Assembly: GCA_014905635.1 (NCBI GenBank)
Contig: JABVCE010000004.1
Span: forward strand, 434,001 to 498,000
Reading direction: 5' to 3'
Length of the DNA: 64,000 nucleotides
DNA from: Scenedesmus sp. PABB004
Lineage: Eukaryota
In this document: piece by piece, positions 59,559 to 64,000 of the stretch
Position numbering within the stretch: position 1 is the stretch's first letter
Layout: every line of letters starts with the position of its first letter
The notes under the pieces: model-generated
Database searches by the model: none
What the model was told of the DNA's origin: nothing
The model's input: only the letters and a program-made list of their open reading frames with translations
Translations under genes and position numbers: made by a program

Positions 59559-59892
59559 CGTAACGACGGCGGTTTAAGCTTTCAGCCGCGGCGGCGGTGC
59601 TCCCGCGCTGGCAGCGCCGTCAGCTGGCGGCCGCAGTCGCCGTGAGGCCCGCGCGCGCCGACGCGCGGCGTTCGAACAGCACCGCCAGCCGCGCCCGCGC
59701 ACTCGCGCGATGGCCGCCGACCGCAGCAGGGTGCGTGAGCGCCCGGCCGTGGCGCTGTGCTGCGCCAGCGGGGCGCAGGGAGGGGAGGGGGGCATCAGCG
59801 CTCGGCCGCCGGCGGCGGCGCGCGCGATCCGCGCCGCCGCCGCTGCTCCTGCGCGCCAACCGCCGCAGGCGCAGCGCCCGCAGCCGACAGGG

Positions 59893-62800
59893 ATGACGGC
59901 CGCTGCATCCGCGATCGGCGCCGTGGCCGGCCACGTCGGCGCGCTGCGAGCGCAGCTCGAGGTACGCGTCCAGCCCAGCCGCCCCGGCCGGCGCCGACGG
60001 CGCCGCGCGGTGGCCCAGGGACTCACAGGCTCCTGCTCGCTGCCCCAGGCGCTCAAGGCCACGCGCGCGGCGCTCGTGAAGGAGACCGCAGCCGCCTGCA
60101 AGGCGACGATCCTGGCGGCGCCCGTGCCCCCGCCGGGCAGGGCGGCGCGGGGGCGCAAGCCGCAGCCGGCGGCGCCCTCAGGCGGTGAAAGCAGCGACGG
60201 CGAGGGCAGCGGCGGCGAGGGCAGCGCGAGCGAGGGCAGCGGCGGCAGCCGGGGGCGGCGGCGCAAGCGCGCGCGCGGCTCGCCGGGCGGCGAGGGGGGC
60301 GATGACAACGAGCACGCGGGGGGCAACCCCGACCAGCAGCCCTGGGGCGCCACGTGGCAGCTCTTTGCCGCGCTGCAGCAGGGCGCGGCCGTCCCTGGTG
60401 AGGGCAGCGGCGCTGCACCTGGCAGCCGGCCTGGGGAGGGCGCCGGCAGCAGCCAGCCGCCGCAGCAGCAGGTCAGCCCCGACGGCGGCGGCAGCGGTGG
60501 CGGCAGCGCGACGACAGCTGCCAGCCCGCTGCGGCCGCTGCACGACCTGATCGCGCGGGCGCCGCCGGCTGCGTATGCTTGCGCCGACGCGTCCAAGGCG
60601 CCCGCCGCCGCCTGGGAGCAGCGCGACGACTGCCCGCCGCTCGGCTGCGCGCTGCTGCCCGACCTGAACGCGCTGCTGCTGGAGACCGCGGCGCCCGGCG
60701 AGCCCGCAGCGGCAGAGCCCTTCCCCGGCCTGGGCGCCATCCTGGCGCGCTGGGAGGCCGGGCAGCCGGCGCGCGGCTCGCAGGCCGACCCCGCGGCGCC
60801 GGGCGCGGGCGCCGGCGAGGCGGCGTCGTGCCTCATCGCCGGGCGCTTCATGCTGGTGGGCGCGGCGGAGCAGGTCGACGCGCGCGGCGGCGCCGGCTGC
60901 GCACGCGGCGCGGACGGCGAGGGCGACGGCGAGGGCGAGGACGGCGGGGAGTGCGTGGAGCTTCCCAGCTACATGCTCCCGCTGCTCTCGCGCCGCCCGC
61001 TGCCGCCCGCGGCCGCGTCCGCCCCCGAGCGGGCAGGCCCCGGCGGCGAGCCGCGGCCCGCAGGCGGCGCGGCCGCGGCGGCGCCTGCCAGCCCCGACGC
61101 CGCCGGCGCGGCTGCACTGGCACAGCACGCCGGCACGGGCAGCGGCGAGCTGGAGCTGGAGCAGCTGGCGCGCGCGCGCGCCGAGGCGGCCGCGGCGGCG
61201 GCCACCGTGCAGGCGCGCGCGCTGGAGCAGCTGCAGGAGCTGCTGGGCGGCAGCTGCGACACCGAGGAGGGGATCGGCGGGATCCAGATTCTGGGCCCAG
61301 AGGACGAGCAGCTGGTGGCGGCGCAGGGCCCAGGGCCCGTGCCAGGCGGTGGGTGCCGTGCCGCGCCGTACGCGGCAGCGCCAGCGACGCCCGACGACCC
61401 GCCAGCGTGCGCCAGCAGTCAGCTGGACGTGGCGCCGCTCGAGGGCGGAGTCCCGGTGGCCTGCAGCAGCAGCCAGGGCGCCCGCTGCGAGGCGGCCGCC
61501 GTCAGCGGCAGCGCGCGGGCGGAGGAGCGCCCGCCGCCCGGCGTCGCGCCGCCGCCGCCGCCGCAGCAGGAGACGCGGCCCGCGCCCGCAGCACCGTTTG
61601 CGCCACGCTTTGCCAAGCGGCAGCAGCGGTACCGCGCGCTTGCGCAGAGCTGCGCGGCGGCAGCGGTTGCGGCGAGGGGCAGCAAGGACGGGGATGCCAT
61701 CATGGCTGATGACGACGGCCAGCGTGAGGGCAGCGAGGAGGCCCCGCCGCTGGCGGCGGCGGCGGCGGCGCCCGCTGGCGCAGCCCAGCTGGCGCAGCCC
61801 CAGCCGCAGCGCCGCGTGCCCGTGCTCAGCAGGGGCGCCAGCGGCGGCAGGGGCGCGCTGCAGCTGCTGGCGAGCCGAGGCAGCCGGGGCAGCCGGGGCG
61901 GGGCAGCGAGCGACTGGCAGCCAGCGTCGGACGGCAGCGGCTCCGGCTGCAGCAGTGAGGAGAGCATTGACGATGACTCTGACTGCAGCGGCGGCAGGCT
62001 GGCGCAGCCGCGCGCGGCGGCGGGCGGCCAGGGCGCCGTGGGGCGCGCGCGCGGCGCGGTGCCCGTGCTCGGGCGCCGGCAGCAGCGCTGCGCGCCGCCG
62101 GGCTCGCAGCCCCTGGGCGCCCGCGCTCGCGTGCTGGAGGGCGGCGTCGCGGACGGCTCCGGCAGCGACAGCGGCTGGAGCAATGAGGAGCTGGAGAGGC
62201 ACCGGCGGGCGCGGGTCAGCCAGGTGCCAGGTGCACTGCAGCCCCCTCGCGCGGGCGTCGGCCGCAGGCCAGGCGGCACGCAGGCGCAGGCACAAGCCCA
62301 GGCAGCGCCGCTGCTGCTGGCGCCGGCGTTCAGCGCCTCCACGGCGTGGCAGTGCAGCGCCGCCAACCTGGCGCGCGCGCTGCAGGGTGCCGCGCCCGGG
62401 GGCCGGCAGCGCTTCAAGCCGGTGCTGCGGCCGGAGGCGCTGCTGCGCCCGCCGCTGGACGTGCGCGAGCTGTCCGCCGGCCGGGACCTGTGCTTGCAGG
62501 TGGGTGCTGCGAGCTCCCGAGCCGCGCTCCTGCAAGCTCCTGAGCCTCACGCGCGACCCGCCGCCTGCGCCGCAGCTGCCGGAGCCTGGCTCGGGCGGCG
62601 CCCGCCTGCTGCAGGCCCTGCTCGGCGACCAGCTGCCCACGTTTGCCGCCCGCTGCTCGGCAGCCTCACAGCAGCAGCAGCAGCCAGCCTGGGCTGCGCG
62701 GCAGCAGCCAGCCTGGACTGCACAGCGGCCAGCTTGGCCCGCGCAGCAGCTGCAGGCAGCGGCCGTCGCCGCAGCGCAGAGTGACGACGAGTTCGATTGG

Positions 62801-64000
62801 GATGCTGTGGACGCGCTGGAGGCTCAGCACGCCGGCGGCCCCGCGGCGGCGGCAACGGTGGCCGGGTCCGTTGTGGCGGCGCCGGGTGCCGGCGGGCGCG
62901 CCACAGCGCCCGGCGGCTGCATGGCGGGCTTGGCTACGGCACTGGAGTGCCTGCGCGACCAGCCACAGCGTGGCCTCACGCCTGCGCCGGCCTGGACGGG
63001 CGCGGGCGCGGGCGCCTGGGCGCCGCCAGCTGTAGGTGCCTGGCCGCAGCAGCACCACCCGGGCGCGGCCCAGGGCGCTGACCGCGACGCGCAGGGCGGC
63101 GAGCCCCTCATCATCACAGGCCTGGACGAGGAGGACGAGGAGCAGGCGCTAGGCGAGGCCCGCCTGCAGGGCTGGCAGCAGCCCGCCGCGCCTCTGCAGC
63201 CGCTGCAGCCGCCGGGCTGGAGCTGCGAGCCGGCGGCGCCGCCGGGTGCCGCCGCGCTCGGGCACCCACCTGCCGGCGCGGCGGACGCGCAGGATGAGTG
63301 GGACGCGCTGGGCAGCATGGACGTGGTGATGCTGCCTGACCAGGACCAGGCGGGCAGCGCGCCGGCGACGTCGCCCGGCCGCGGCGGCGATCGCGGCGCC
63401 CAAGCCTGCGGCGTCGCCGCGCTCATCACTGGCTGGGACGACGGCGCGGCCCACGAGGAGTCCTGGCGGGCGCCGGACGCGGGCGCGGCCGGCTGGCAGG
63501 CGGCCGGCGGCGACGGCGACGGCGCGTGCGCAGCCCCGCCCCCGCCGCGCGACGCCGGCGGCTGGGCGGCGCTGGCGGCGGCGGAGGGCTGGGACGAGCT
63601 CGACGACGCCGACCTGGTGTGCCTGGTGTTTGCGGACCAGCTGGACCTGGAGGAGGCCGGCACCGCGGCAGCGGCCGCGCCCGCCGACGACGGACGCGAC
63701 GGTGACGGCACGGACGCGCCGCACGACGCGCCGCGCGAGGAGCGGCAGGGCGAGGCGGCGGCGGCGGCGCGCGGCGGCGGCGCGCCGGGGTGGCGGCGGC
63801 CCGCGCTGCCGCGGCCCGGCGGCGCGCGCGGCCCGCGGCCGCGCTCGCGGGCATGGCGCCGGCGGCGCGCGCCGCGTGGCTCGCGGGCGCGCGGGCGCGC
63901 CAGGCGCAGCTCTACACTCGCTTCATCTCTGCCGCGCTGCAGAGCCAGAGCGCGCTCGCGGGCGGCGCGGCGGGCAGCTGGGGCCTGCGCCAGCTCATGG
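59893..64000 (+). CDS. Large, mostly disordered hypothetical protein (runs off the window end)
   Basis: ATG 59893 and GT-AG introns at about 59962-60048 and 62500-62575. Long open exons with protein-like content (LHDLIARAPP, CLIAGRFMLV, EFDWDAVDALE). No recognisable domain. Confidence 0.55.

Overview
Very GC-rich (roughly 80% by eye), gene-dense, intron-rich eukaryotic nuclear DNA, most consistent with a chlorophyte green alga: TGTAA poly(A) signals, an OPR/PPPEW protein, TTTAGGG-like motifs. Most long six-frame ORFs are GC-content artefacts. Splicing exons by hand gives about 19 genes: NSF (3' end outside the window), an OPR protein, a bZIP protein, a heparan-sulfate-type sulfotransferase, PI4-kinase alpha, an alpha/beta hydrolase, a KNS3/At4g16180-like ER membrane protein, VPS60, EXO1, a BAR-like protein, a secreted Cys-rich/jacalin-like protein, a tandem-USP protein, an EF-hand protein, AHA1 and several hypotheticals. 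The most striking signal is in the splice sites. By my manual count about 31 of about 121 introns have GC rather than GT donors, and every GC donor follows an exon ending in AG (AG|GCRCG). Other signals: a ~280-bp duplicated promoter/5'UTR in front of both the EF-hand gene and AHA1, a long intergenic fold-back (candidate pre-miRNA or MITE), tandem duplications spanning three stop codons, and telomere-like heptamers in several introns. Gene models are hand-built from splice signals and recalled protein motifs; no database search was run.
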